From the IMG/VR virus record IMGVR_UViG_3300042429_000720: 64,000 nt of DNA. The stretch is one strand, 5' to 3'. This stretch comes from an uncultured virus (IMG/VR IMGVR_UViG_3300042429_000720) (taxonomy: Duplodnaviria > Heunggongvirae > Uroviricota > Caudoviricetes). The position numbers and the translations under genes were made by a program. The notes beneath the pieces are model-generated. The model made no database searches, was not told the DNA's origin, and saw nothing but the letters and a program-made list of their open reading frames with translations. Below, piece after piece: positions 9,640 to 19,580 of the stretch (the stretch's first letter is position 1; each line of letters starts with the position of its first letter).

Positions 9640-11322
9640 ATGGCGTTTTCAAGCAATCCACAGATACAAAGAGATGGGCTTATTCTGAATCTCGATGCTG
9701 CTGACCTAACATCAGCCCGGACCGTAAGATCAGTTGAAGTTATGGTCGTTGGCGGAGGCGGAGGCGGTGGTATGGATATGGGCGGTGGTGGAGGCGGCGG
9801 CGGAGTGCTTTACGACCCTAACTACAAAGTCACCCCGGGTGTAGGCATCACAGTCACTGTAGGAGCTGGAGGCTTCGGAGCACCAGCAGGCAATGGCGGT
9901 TACAGAACCGATGGAGCAGGTCCGCAACCGAACAGTCACCAATTCACTATCTCAGCAACCAACGGATCCGATTCAGTATTTGGAAACTTAACTGCAAAAG
10001 GAGGAGGATTTGGAGCAAGCTCATACTACGGATACACTCCAAATTCAGGTATAGGAGGTTCAGGAGCATCCGGAGGAGGATGTTCAGCATACACTCACGG
10101 AGGAGAGCGGTACGTTGATACAAACAATATTGTAGGTCAGGGATATCCGGGCGGGAACTCCGGTAATCCGACTACAGGTGCCGACGACCATTGGTCAGGA
10201 GGCGGCGGAGGAGCCGGAGGAAGAGGTACTAGTGGACCAGGTCACGTTGCTCCTAGCGGTAACGCCGGCCACGGAGGTCCTGGGATTCTTATATCAAGAA
10301 TGAGTCCTTACTACTACAGCGGCGGTGGAGGCGGTTCTTGCTACTCCGGAACCAAGGGCGGCGACGGCGGGCTCGGAGGAGGAGGAGGCGGAGCAGCTGG
10401 TGGAAACGGAAACACTGTAGGGTTTGGAGATACTAACGGCAGGAATGCCGGCAGCAATGGCGGATTAGGTAATCAACAGCCAGGAGGTAACGCAGGAGCT
10501 AATACCGGAGGTGGAGGCGGAGGAGGATCTCACTACAACGCCAACAACAAAGGAGGAGAAGGGGGTTCAGGAATTGTAATTGTTCGTTACAACGGACCTC
10601 AAGCAGCTACAGGAGGAACTTATTCTTTTTCTAATGGAGTATCGTTTCATACCTTTACCTCTAGCGGTACTTTTACCCCTTATGGTTCAACTCAAGACAC
10701 AGTCTGGTACGATACCTCAGGAAATGGACACCATGCAACTTTATACGGAGGATGTACTTTTGAAACTATTAAAGGAGTACCGAGTGTAAACTTAGATGGA
10801 ACAAGTGACTGGATTGGTAATACAACACTAACAGGGGGATGGTCAGATTTTACATTAGAGTTAATGTTCTACCATAATGGCTTAGACCAGGGCGGCTCTT
10901 ACGGTGTTTTATCAATGGGCGCTAATGGTAACTACGGCCCAATGTTCTACTGCCACGGTTCCTGTATGGGATCTCACTACTTCCCCGATAGTCCTAGCGG
11001 GGCTTACCCCGGCGGTATGGGGTATTGGAGTAATGATACTTGGAATATTTTTACATGGGTATTTAAAAATACTGTTACGGATAACACTACCGGAGATCTT
11101 AAAACCTACATAAACGGAGCATACAACTCAGGAACTTCTAATTATAATTTCCACAATAGTGGCATGGGTAGAGGATCTAACGGATACGCATTAGGAACAT
11201 ATAGTGGAGGAGGATCCCTGTACAGAGGTGCTTTTGCTATATTTAGAGTTTATAATAGAGCTTTATCTGCTACCGAAGTTGCAAGAAATTATTCTTTGAT
11301 TAAAACAAGATTTGGACTATGA
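9640..11322 (+). CDS. LamG/concanavalin-like virion protein with inserted glycine-rich domain
   Basis: GLILNLDAA start; VVGGGGGG...GGSGIVIVRY glycine-rich module; YNRALSATEV end. Confidence 0.75.
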   Translation: MAFSSNPQIQRDGLILNLDAADLTSARTVRSVEVMVVGGGGGGGMDMGGGGGGGGVLYDPNYKVTPGVGITVTVGAGGFGAPAGNGGYRTDGAGPQPNSHQFTISATNGSDSVFGNLTAKGGGFGASSYYGYTPNSGIGGSGASGGGCSAYTHGGERYVDTNNIVGQGYPGGNSGNPTTGADDHWSGGGGGAGGRGTSGPGHVAPSGNAGHGGPGILISRMSPYYYSGGGGGSCYSGTKGGDGGLGGGGGGAAGGNGNTVGFGDTNGRNAGSNGGLGNQQPGGNAGANTGGGGGGGSHYNANNKGGEGGSGIVIVRYNGPQAATGGTYSFSNGVSFHTFTSSGTFTPYGSTQDTVWYDTSGNGHHATLYGGCTFETIKGVPSVNLDGTSDWIGNTTLTGGWSDFTLELMFYHNGLDQGGSYGVLSMGANGNYGPMFYCHGSCMGSHYFPDSPSGAYPGGMGYWSNDTWNIFTWVFKNTVTDNTTGDLKTYINGAYNSGTSNYNFHNSGMGRGSNGYALGTYSGGGSLYRGAFAIFRVYNRALSATEVARNYSLIKTRFGL

Positions 11323-11450
11323 CACCTGAAATTTTTGAATTAGGAACCGGACAAGCTACTATCTTTTTAGTTGCTTATGTACGTAATGGAAATCCTATAG
11401 GAGCTTTCCCGACCCGGGAACAAGCCGAAGAATTTTTAGCCAGCCTATAA
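11319..11450 (+). CDS. Small hypothetical protein (43 aa)
   Basis: ATGA overlap with the upstream stop; fills the gap to the next gene. Confidence 0.5.
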   Translation: MTPEIFELGTGQATIFLVAYVRNGNPIGAFPTREQAEEFLASL

Positions 11451-11451
11451 C

Positions 11452-13572
11452 ATGGGATCATCGTCCGGACCTAGGAATAGCCTAGCAACCAGCCTAGCGT
11501 TTGCTTTAGATGCAGCAGACACCAATACTATTACTCGCTGGTCTACTTTTAAAAACATGTCGTCATGGGGATTAGGATCCGGCGGAGCATCGGGATATTC
11601 TCAAAACGGAAATACTAACGAAAACGAAAGAGTCTGGGGTACAGACCCTTGGGGGAATAATGCTATCGTCTGGGAAACAAGAGCAAGCGGCGATGGCAAC
11701 GCCGACGGCGGATGGAACGCTGACGGGTTTGGTATAGATAATACAAAACTTTATAGAACTTCCGTATGGGTTAAGAGAACCTCTAGTACAGGCGGCGGAA
11801 CATTTTACCTGGGTACAAACGGCGGCGGACAATGCGTATTAAGATTATCAGACGGAGGAGAGGAATGTAACCCATACTGGCATTGTGGCGGAGCTGGAGG
11901 TTTAACTCAAAATCAGTGGTACTTAGTTGTAGGACATTGTTTCCCGTATACTTATAATAGCTCAGCCGGCCACCCGGATACAGGGTTTTGGACTGTTGAG
12001 AACGGAGGTCAAAAAGTAGGCGGTATAAACGGATGTAACATCGGCAACGACTGTAAATCAGGTCCTTCTACGACTTCTCTTAATCATAGAACTTACCACT
12101 ACTACTGCGGGGATAGTACAACCCGTCTACAGTTTTATGATCCTAGAGTAGATCTAGTAGACGGTACTGAACCTAAAATTAGAGAGCTTCTAAAAGGACC
12201 AGCAGGCGCCACTCGAAACCCAGCCGGCCCCTACGCCCTTGGAGAGCTTGTAAACGGAATACAGTGGAGTCCAAGTAGAGGAGGAAGCTTTGTCTTCGAT
12301 GGTACAAATGATTACATACAGTTGACCTCACATGCTTCAAAAGTAGTACCGGCAGGAAGCCAGGTAACAGTAGAGATTGTAAATTACGGAGATGAAATTA
12401 GAAGCTCTTCTGTTATAGCAGGGTCTCATAACGGTTCAGATCAGAGCTTTAATATTCACCTACCCTGGTCAGATGGTAACATCTACTGGGACTGTGGACA
12501 TCCTTTTAACCGTAACTATAAGTATGCAGGTAACGAAGTACTAGGTTGGCACCACTGGGTATTTACAAAAAATGTAAGTACCGGTATTATGAATATATAT
12601 AGAGATGGAGTACTATGGTCTACAAACTCAGGTCAGACTTCAGCTATACCTACTTACACTTCTATGGTTATAGGAGCATACACTAATAATGGATCTTCTA
12701 CAAACTATTACCATAAGGGAACTGTACCGGTACTCAACACGTATAACCGGGAACTAACAGCAGCAGAAATTGCAGAAAATTATAAGAACTATGCTAAGAG
12801 ATATCCTCACAATATCACCATAGGAACTCAAAACTACCCTGCCTCTTCAGCTTCGGATATTAAAACAGCAAACCCAGACGCCCAGGACGGTATCTACTGG
12901 TTTACAATAGGAGGATCGACCTTCCAGGCACCAGTAATGTTTCATGCCGGTAAAGGTATGATCTGTGTTATGAAAGGAGGAGGAGGAAACGGATTTCTTC
13001 CAGATAATGCCCTATGGGAGAATAGCAGCACTCAAAACACATCAGACTTTGATTTAAATAGTAACGTAGCAAGTAAATATGCAAGCTACCATACAGTTCC
13101 TCTATCGGAATTTTACTTTAAACTAGGAGCTACAAACTACCCAGTAACGTTTAGGTTAGCAACTGCTGCTTCTAGTATGCTAGTAGCCCAGCAACGAAGC
13201 TGGAATGATTCCGGAAACAGAAGCACTCCTCACTACGGAATGAATCAGGACTACAGGACAGTCCAAGGCGCTGACGCAGGTATTACTGCTACTATGGGAA
13301 CAGAAATCTATATGTACGGAATGGATCTTAAACACGAAGGTCACTACGGAGGCGGTGCTGGAAACTCAGGCGGTAGAATCAGAGCAGGAAGTATTCTGGA
13401 TGAAAGCACAGGGAATACAGGAGCTTTAAGCTACGGTACAGCCGGCTCAGCTTTCGGTATAGGAGTTAACGGAGGTAACCCGTTAAAAACAGCAGTTGTT
13501 GGATATGCAGGATGGTCTGAATCTTCTGTCTATGCTTCTACTACTCAGTGGAGCTTATGGGTGGTGTCCTAA
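11452..13572 (+). CDS. LamG-like virion protein with additional C-terminal (fibrinogen-like start) domain
   Basis: LAFALDAA, FDGTNDY, YNRELTAAEI, then ASSASDIK...DGIYW. Confidence 0.7.
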   Translation: MGSSSGPRNSLATSLAFALDAADTNTITRWSTFKNMSSWGLGSGGASGYSQNGNTNENERVWGTDPWGNNAIVWETRASGDGNADGGWNADGFGIDNTKLYRTSVWVKRTSSTGGGTFYLGTNGGGQCVLRLSDGGEECNPYWHCGGAGGLTQNQWYLVVGHCFPYTYNSSAGHPDTGFWTVENGGQKVGGINGCNIGNDCKSGPSTTSLNHRTYHYYCGDSTTRLQFYDPRVDLVDGTEPKIRELLKGPAGATRNPAGPYALGELVNGIQWSPSRGGSFVFDGTNDYIQLTSHASKVVPAGSQVTVEIVNYGDEIRSSSVIAGSHNGSDQSFNIHLPWSDGNIYWDCGHPFNRNYKYAGNEVLGWHHWVFTKNVSTGIMNIYRDGVLWSTNSGQTSAIPTYTSMVIGAYTNNGSSTNYYHKGTVPVLNTYNRELTAAEIAENYKNYAKRYPHNITIGTQNYPASSASDIKTANPDAQDGIYWFTIGGSTFQAPVMFHAGKGMICVMKGGGGNGFLPDNALWENSSTQNTSDFDLNSNVASKYASYHTVPLSEFYFKLGATNYPVTFRLATAASSMLVAQQRSWNDSGNRSTPHYGMNQDYRTVQGADAGITATMGTEIYMYGMDLKHEGHYGGGAGNSGGRIRAGSILDESTGNTGALSYGTAGSAFGIGVNGGNPLKTAVVGYAGWSESSVYASTTQWSLWVVS

Positions 13573-13587
13573 TTATAATAGCAAACT

Positions 13588-14775
13588 ATGTTCTTCTCTC
13601 CTAAAACATCTGCCGACGGTCTGGTATTTCATTACGATACCGGTAATACTGTACGTTCGTATCTGGGAGAGCCGACGGTTAATTTGCTATACAGTGCCGG
13701 CGCTTATAACCTTATAGACGGAGCTACTGACATATACGGTAGATGTACTAGAACTGATCTAGGCAACGGAAAGTACAGGTTTGTAAATAACGGAACAGGA
13801 GTTAGTACTGTCAGAGTTTATACCAACCAGGGGGATTTAATAAACGGAGCAACATATGCATGCAGTGTATACTACGAAAATTTAGTAGGTGGTATAGGCA
13901 TAGACTGGTGTGATACCGGCATAACAGGTTTAAACTATTCAACTAACGTATCAGGGAGGCTAGGTGGATACGGTACCCGGGGTACGTACGACGGACCTTA
14001 CTATTTTCTGGATATTAATTTTGATTCCGGAGGAGCTGTAACTTTATATAATCCGCAGGTTGAATACAAATCACACGTTACCCCCTTTGTAGCCGGAACC
14101 CGATCAGCAACCCAGGGATTAAAAGACTTGACAGGAAATAAGACAATCGACCTATCTACTGTATCATTTGACTCAAATGCTCAAATGACTTTTGATGGAA
14201 CTGACGATACTCTTGATACCGGAATCCCCTTGACTACCCTACCGGCTCTTTCAAACTTCACTATTGAATGTACGGTAAAGATTGACGCATATCCTACAGC
14301 TGCACCTCCTAACTTTTACAACAACACTACTAGAGCTGGGGTTTTAGTAGGAGCTACATACTACAGCGGAACCGCTCTATACTGGTACGGAAATAGTTCC
14401 GGTACAGCATGTACAATCTACGGCTATATCAGGGGAGCAGATGCTTATAGAAATACTGCAGGGTTTAATCTAACACCAGGTCGCTACCATCATTTAGTAC
14501 TGGTAAATGATTACTCTGGAGGAACTATAAAACTTTATGCAAACGGTACTTTGAATGGATCAGCTACTACCGCCACTCAGGAGTATAATCCTAGCCTGAC
14601 CCCATCCGCTGGCAATATCGGAATCAGCAAAGCTCAGGTAGACGGCGGTGGCGAATCGGTATACTCTTACCTACCCTGCCAGGTACCGTCTGTAAAGATT
14701 TTCAACCGAGCATTAACAGCCGACGAAGTGGCAAGAAACTATAACGCGATTAAATCACGTTTTAACATAGGATAA
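13588..14775 (+). CDS. LamG-like virion protein
   Basis: GLVFHYD, FDGTDD, FNRALTADEV. Confidence 0.75.
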   Translation: MFFSPKTSADGLVFHYDTGNTVRSYLGEPTVNLLYSAGAYNLIDGATDIYGRCTRTDLGNGKYRFVNNGTGVSTVRVYTNQGDLINGATYACSVYYENLVGGIGIDWCDTGITGLNYSTNVSGRLGGYGTRGTYDGPYYFLDINFDSGGAVTLYNPQVEYKSHVTPFVAGTRSATQGLKDLTGNKTIDLSTVSFDSNAQMTFDGTDDTLDTGIPLTTLPALSNFTIECTVKIDAYPTAAPPNFYNNTTRAGVLVGATYYSGTALYWYGNSSGTACTIYGYIRGADAYRNTAGFNLTPGRYHHLVLVNDYSGGTIKLYANGTLNGSATTATQEYNPSLTPSAGNIGISKAQVDGGGESVYSYLPCQVPSVKIFNRALTADEVARNYNAIKSRFNIG

Positions 14776-14776
14776 G

Positions 14777-15517
14777 ATGGGAATTAGAAGAGGACCGAAT
14801 ATTATAAGAGAAGGACTGGTACTATCCCTGGATGCCGGTAATGTGAGATCTTATCCGGGATCTGGAGCTACCTGGTATGATGTGAGCGGGAACGGTAATA
14901 ACGGAACTATAAGCAATGGAGAATTTGTTACCAGTCAAAGATACTTAAGAAATTCTGGAAACGTATCTAACTTTTTTACAATTAGTATTCCACATAGTAC
15001 TAGCTTAAATTCTGCACTTACTACAACCACGGGCGGATGGACTATTGAAGAAATTATCTGGACTAATTCTGTAGATTATCCGGAAGCAGACGGAGGTAGT
15101 GTAGCCAGTGATATAGCTTACGGAGGAGGCGCTACTGGATTTGATTGGAACCATGGCAATGGTTTAAATTCTGTAAGATTTGGTATGAGCAGTAACTCAG
15201 GAGGATCCTACGAAGACGATGTGTACATTTCAACAGGAGTTATTAACCAGACTAACACCTGGAGAGCTCGTACAATGATCTGGAACAGAGGAGCTAGTCA
15301 GGTAGGACTTTATATGGACGGAATTTACATGGGTGCTGCAAGTACTCCTAACACTGCCGGAACCGCTGTGTATGATGGAGGAGGAATAGTATTCGGAAGC
15401 CTGTACGGATGGAAACATTACGGAAGACGAGCTAGTATTAAACTATACAACCGAGTACTCACAGCCTCAGAAATTCTACAGAACTACAACATGACTAAAT
15501 CTAGATTCGGTAAGTAA
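14777..15517 (+). CDS. LamG-like virion protein without insert
   Basis: GLVLSLDAGNVRSYPGSGATWYDVSGNGNNG, YNRVLTASEI. Confidence 0.8.
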   Translation: MGIRRGPNIIREGLVLSLDAGNVRSYPGSGATWYDVSGNGNNGTISNGEFVTSQRYLRNSGNVSNFFTISIPHSTSLNSALTTTTGGWTIEEIIWTNSVDYPEADGGSVASDIAYGGGATGFDWNHGNGLNSVRFGMSSNSGGSYEDDVYISTGVINQTNTWRARTMIWNRGASQVGLYMDGIYMGAASTPNTAGTAVYDGGGIVFGSLYGWKHYGRRASIKLYNRVLTASEILQNYNMTKSRFGK

Positions 15518-16644
15518 TGGCAAGTAGAATATCCCCGTACGTAGATAATACCGGACTGGTGTTTGCTTATGATCTAGCGAATATCAAGCGTTCGTATTTA
15601 GGAGAGCCGACGGTTAATCTTGTAATTTCACCAGACGGTAATGCTAATGTTATCACGTCTGATATCCCCCCTCAAACTAACGTTATCGGGTTTGCTCAAT
15701 ATAGCAGTGGCTATTTTGTAAACCCTAGAAATACTACAAATACTGCAGCTACAGGTAAAACCTTTACCTACTCAGTGTGGATGCGATCTAGATCTGCTAC
15801 CTCTAGTACCTACCTAATGTATGTATACACAGGAACCGGTCCTGACGGTGGGTGGTGGTATTTTGGTGACGGACCTCTTACTCAAGACTGGAATAAGTAC
15901 TCTTATAGTAGGAGTGATATGACCGGTACAATCTCTCAGGTTACAGTATACCGGTACAATCAACTAGGTACGATCGATATCGCCGCCCCACAGATTGAAG
16001 AAAAAACACATCCAACCCAGTTCACCGCCGGAACCCGTTCCGTCACCCAAGGCCTCAAAGACTTAACCGGCAGATCAACCATCGATCTAACAAATGTATC
16101 ATTTGATGCAAATGCTCAAATAACTTTTGATGGTACGGATGACCACATACTGACTTCTGAAAATATAACACTAAACGGATCTCAGACATTTGAAGTTATA
16201 ACAACAATCTCCGGAGGACCACAATCCCCAGCAGGTATAATCTCAAATCACGATTATGCTAATACAAGTAATTTTGGACTTAACCATATAAGTAGTAATA
16301 GAATAGGAATATCTATAGGATACACAGACAATACTAGAGAATATGATTCCAAATATACAACATATGCCGCTACTATAGGGACTCCTTTTCATCTTGTAAT
16401 GACCTTCGACCAGCCTTCAAATACAGTTAAACTATATGTTAATGGTGCCTTAGATTCTACTTTTGTTTTAACTAAAACTGTAAAATTTACAAACAGACCA
16501 ATAGTATTAGGAAGATGGGACTACCAATACAATTACTACTACTTTAACGGTAAAGTACCAGTAGCTAAAGTTTATAACAGAGCACTACCAGCCTCAGAAA
16601 TCCAGCAAAACTTCAACGCAATCAAAGGACGTTACGGTCTCTAA
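15517..16644 (+). CDS. LamG-like virion protein
   Basis: GLVFAYD, FDGTDD, YNRALPASEI. Confidence 0.75.
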   Translation: MASRISPYVDNTGLVFAYDLANIKRSYLGEPTVNLVISPDGNANVITSDIPPQTNVIGFAQYSSGYFVNPRNTTNTAATGKTFTYSVWMRSRSATSSTYLMYVYTGTGPDGGWWYFGDGPLTQDWNKYSYSRSDMTGTISQVTVYRYNQLGTIDIAAPQIEEKTHPTQFTAGTRSVTQGLKDLTGRSTIDLTNVSFDANAQITFDGTDDHILTSENITLNGSQTFEVITTISGGPQSPAGIISNHDYANTSNFGLNHISSNRIGISIGYTDNTREYDSKYTTYAATIGTPFHLVMTFDQPSNTVKLYVNGALDSTFVLTKTVKFTNRPIVLGRWDYQYNYYYFNGKVPVAKVYNRALPASEIQQNFNAIKGRYGL

Positions 16645-16656
16645 ATATTTATAGTT

Positions 16657-17877
16657 ATGGCAATAGCAGCAGGCTTCAGCAAAACAGTCACCGACGGACT
16701 CATACTCGGGTATGATACCGCAGATACTATCAACAGCTTTAGAGGTCAACCAACCATCAACAAGTTCGCACTCCCGGGTACAGCCGGACCAGGCCCAGCC
16801 TCAGACAACAACGTTGGATTTGAAGTAAACGGAAACGGTACGTTTGTGAGACTGGGTTGGGGGCAGATGATAGGGGACTACCTCACACAGCCCGGGGACG
16901 TAGTCTACAAGTACACTCTAGGATCGAATGGATGTCACTACCACGGCAATGACCTAGCAATACCCGGTGGAACCTATGCAACCTTCACGATGGATTACTA
17001 CGTAACTCCTGATGCTACAGGCTTTCCGGAAAACTCAACTCTACTTGTTTTTGAAAACGCCTTAGGAGGATCTACTAATGTAAACTCGGAGGTAGGTGTT
17101 TGGCGCACCCTCACTTTTACTTCCGGTCCAACAGGCGGAGCCGGCACCCTTAGAATGCTAGTCTACCCGGGAGGCTGCGGACCCCGCATGGCATCAAGCG
17201 GTACCCTTTACATGAAAAACCCAAGAGTTGAATACAGGGCATACAGTACAGCCTTTGTAAACGGTGAAAGAACAGCAACTAGAAGTTTATTGGATGTAAA
17301 GAACAGTTTTACTTTCGACGTTTCGAATGCTTCATTTGTTTCACCCGGTAATATGGAGTTTGACGGCACAAACGATTCGATTACAGCAGCCTGTAGCGGG
17401 GAGATGTATTGCCTGGAGATGGTGCTGTACAACAACAACGCTATTCCCGGGAACGACACCGCTATTGGAGGACCTTCAACCTACCAGACTCCTATTTCAT
17501 GGAACGGAACTAGTAACGGAGTCCACCTAGGAGCATGGACAGGTGGATTTAGTAATGAAGCAATACATATCTGGAACGGAGGAGGTGCGACCTCTACACA
17601 AACTGCCCGTCCAGTAGGGTACCACCACGTACTGTTTAACTGGAATGGAAGCAGCTACGATATTTGGGTGGACGGAGACAAAGAAATTACATACCCGTTA
17701 AGCGGAACCACTCACGCTTCCAGAGTCACTATAAGCTCAGCCCTCAGAGTAGGAGGGGATCCGGACAATTACTTCTTTAACGGAAAAATACCAGTAGTTA
17801 AAACGTACAATAGAGCTCTGACAACCTCAGAGATTCTACAGAATTTTAGCACTTATAGAGCCCGGTATAAGATATAA
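16657..17877 (+). CDS. LamG-like virion protein
   Basis: GLILGYD, FDGTND, YNRALTTSEI. Confidence 0.75.
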   Translation: MAIAAGFSKTVTDGLILGYDTADTINSFRGQPTINKFALPGTAGPGPASDNNVGFEVNGNGTFVRLGWGQMIGDYLTQPGDVVYKYTLGSNGCHYHGNDLAIPGGTYATFTMDYYVTPDATGFPENSTLLVFENALGGSTNVNSEVGVWRTLTFTSGPTGGAGTLRMLVYPGGCGPRMASSGTLYMKNPRVEYRAYSTAFVNGERTATRSLLDVKNSFTFDVSNASFVSPGNMEFDGTNDSITAACSGEMYCLEMVLYNNNAIPGNDTAIGGPSTYQTPISWNGTSNGVHLGAWTGGFSNEAIHIWNGGGATSTQTARPVGYHHVLFNWNGSSYDIWVDGDKEITYPLSGTTHASRVTISSALRVGGDPDNYFFNGKIPVVKTYNRALTTSEILQNFSTYRARYKI

Positions 17878-17909
17878 GATATTGATATTTATAATTAAAC
17901 TAAAAAACC

Positions 17910-18257
17910 ATGAGTATGTTTGAAAACAGGCGCTGGGTGATCATCCCGGTCACCGAAGTAACCAACATCGACTTCAGTCAAGTAATGGAATCTTCCCCTG
18001 AAAGCCTCCGGCATTCGGTAGACGGTTCTAAGACCTTCATCAAGTATGAAATCAATATCATACCCCAGGACATCACCCACACCTTTACCGACATTGAAAC
18101 CGGTGAGGAGAGGACCTCTGTGACTCTGGCCGGAACTTACGGCCGTCCGGACTTTCTGGACTACGACGTAGTAACGGAATATAATCATTCTGAGATTCTA
18201 GCAATCCTAGCTACCGAAGAGTGGACTGCCCCTAGAACTGAAGGAGCACCAATTTAA
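17910..18257 (+). CDS. Hypothetical phage protein accompanying the fibre genes
   Basis: 115-aa ORF after a late-promoter motif. Confidence 0.65.
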   Translation: MSMFENRRWVIIPVTEVTNIDFSQVMESSPESLRHSVDGSKTFIKYEINIIPQDITHTFTDIETGEERTSVTLAGTYGRPDFLDYDVVTEYNHSEILAILATEEWTAPRTEGAPI

Positions 18258-18270
18258 TATTTTTTAAGTT

Positions 18271-18435
18271 ATGGAATCAAAAGGACTCGGCGATTCAATC
18301 GCAAAAGTAACACAGGTAACAGGAATTGCAAAGGCTGTAGAAACAGTAACTCATGCAGTCGGTATTCCGGACTGCGGATGCAAGAAAAGACAAGAGCAAT
18401 TAAATAATCTCTTCCCTTACAGTACTACAAAATAA
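18271..18435 (+). CDS. Small hypothetical protein (54 aa, GLGD...CGC motif)
   Basis: Translated by hand: MESKGLGDSIAKVTQVTG...DCGCKKRQEQLNNLFPYSTTK. Confidence 0.6.
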   Translation: MESKGLGDSIAKVTQVTGIAKAVETVTHAVGIPDCGCKKRQEQLNNLFPYSTTK

Positions 18436-18472
18436 CACGTATTTTTAACGACTTGCATGCCATGCACACACC

Positions 18473-18494
18473 AGAGGGTTTCGGCCCTCTTTTT
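18473..18494 (+). terminator. Intrinsic terminator
   Basis: AGAGGGT-TTCG-GCCCTCT followed by a T-run. Confidence 0.75.
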
Positions 18495-18518
18495 CTATTT
18501 ATATAAAACTTTCCCCAC

Positions 18519-19526
18519 ATGGCTTTAGGAGACAAAAAATCTGGATTACAACCTAGCTCTGTACAGGCACAGCAGTACAGACTACAGTTCTCTAATCTAA
18601 CATCGAGAGCAGCCCGTACCATTACTAGCGGACAGGCTGCACAGCCTATCAGCAGACCTGCTGTCTCTACGCTAGCACCACCTCCGGCCGGCCCAACTAC
18701 AGGCGGTTCATCACAAGGATCAGACACCTCACAGGGTTCCGGAACAACACCTTCAATTTTTAAGAAGGCAGCATTCTTCGACGGAGCAACTGCCCTATCA
18801 GCTTCCCTAGTAGGAGGTAATGAGGCAGGTACTGGAAGAGCTGCTAACAACCAGATTGAAATTGCACTAGTATTCAAACCGGTACTTTTCTCAGACAACA
18901 CCCGCCGTACAATCTTTCATACCTACAGTGGAAGTGCAATGAGTCAATCTTTAGAACTTTATACAATAGGTCCTACTCTCTATTTAGAGATGACTCACGA
19001 CGTAACTACCTTAAATGGACAAACAGTACCTTATACCTGGTATACAAGCACAGATCTAGGCTGGGCTAAGGCAGCTGGATATGCTGAACATACAACCAAT
19101 CAGTATACCTATTATGCAAATAGAATGAACCCAATATACGTCGCTTCTACTTTTGTTATATTGAAAGGGAATATAATGACTTTTGGAGGAGTAGGAAACA
19201 AGACAAGCTTCCCAATTGAGATAAACCCAAATTTTAATACTACCAATAATACACACTTCTATATTGGAGGATCTCCAGCTAAAAATAGTTATTTCTCAGG
19301 CTCTATTGCTTCTATTACGTTTACAAGCGGTAGCTACCTTCCTAACCAGACCTGGGGAGATATAGCATTACGCGATAAACCTGCAGAAACAGCAACCCCT
19401 CAACTAAGGACCTATACATTCAACAACGCTGTAGTAGAAACTACAGGAAGTCAGGCTAGGTATTCACGTCCTCTAATGGTAGTAACCGGAAGCTTGACCT
19501 ACGTCGATGGCTATTTGAGAAACTAA
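18519..19526 (+). CDS. Hypothetical virion protein, possible divergent LamG-like domain
   Basis: FDG...IGG...YFSGSI pattern; late-promoter motif upstream. Confidence 0.5.
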   Translation: MALGDKKSGLQPSSVQAQQYRLQFSNLTSRAARTITSGQAAQPISRPAVSTLAPPPAGPTTGGSSQGSDTSQGSGTTPSIFKKAAFFDGATALSASLVGGNEAGTGRAANNQIEIALVFKPVLFSDNTRRTIFHTYSGSAMSQSLELYTIGPTLYLEMTHDVTTLNGQTVPYTWYTSTDLGWAKAAGYAEHTTNQYTYYANRMNPIYVASTFVILKGNIMTFGGVGNKTSFPIEINPNFNTTNNTHFYIGGSPAKNSYFSGSIASITFTSGSYLPNQTWGDIALRDKPAETATPQLRTYTFNNAVVETTGSQARYSRPLMVVTGSLTYVDGYLRN

Positions 19527-19580
19527 TGGTTTGTACTAAAGACACATATTTATATTAAGATCAATTAACCTTTCATCAAA

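Noticed and set aside
13588..16644. Diversity-generating retroelement template/variable repeats among the LamG genes
   Set aside because: Shared blocks differ at all base types, mostly synonymously, and no reverse transcriptase is present in the window
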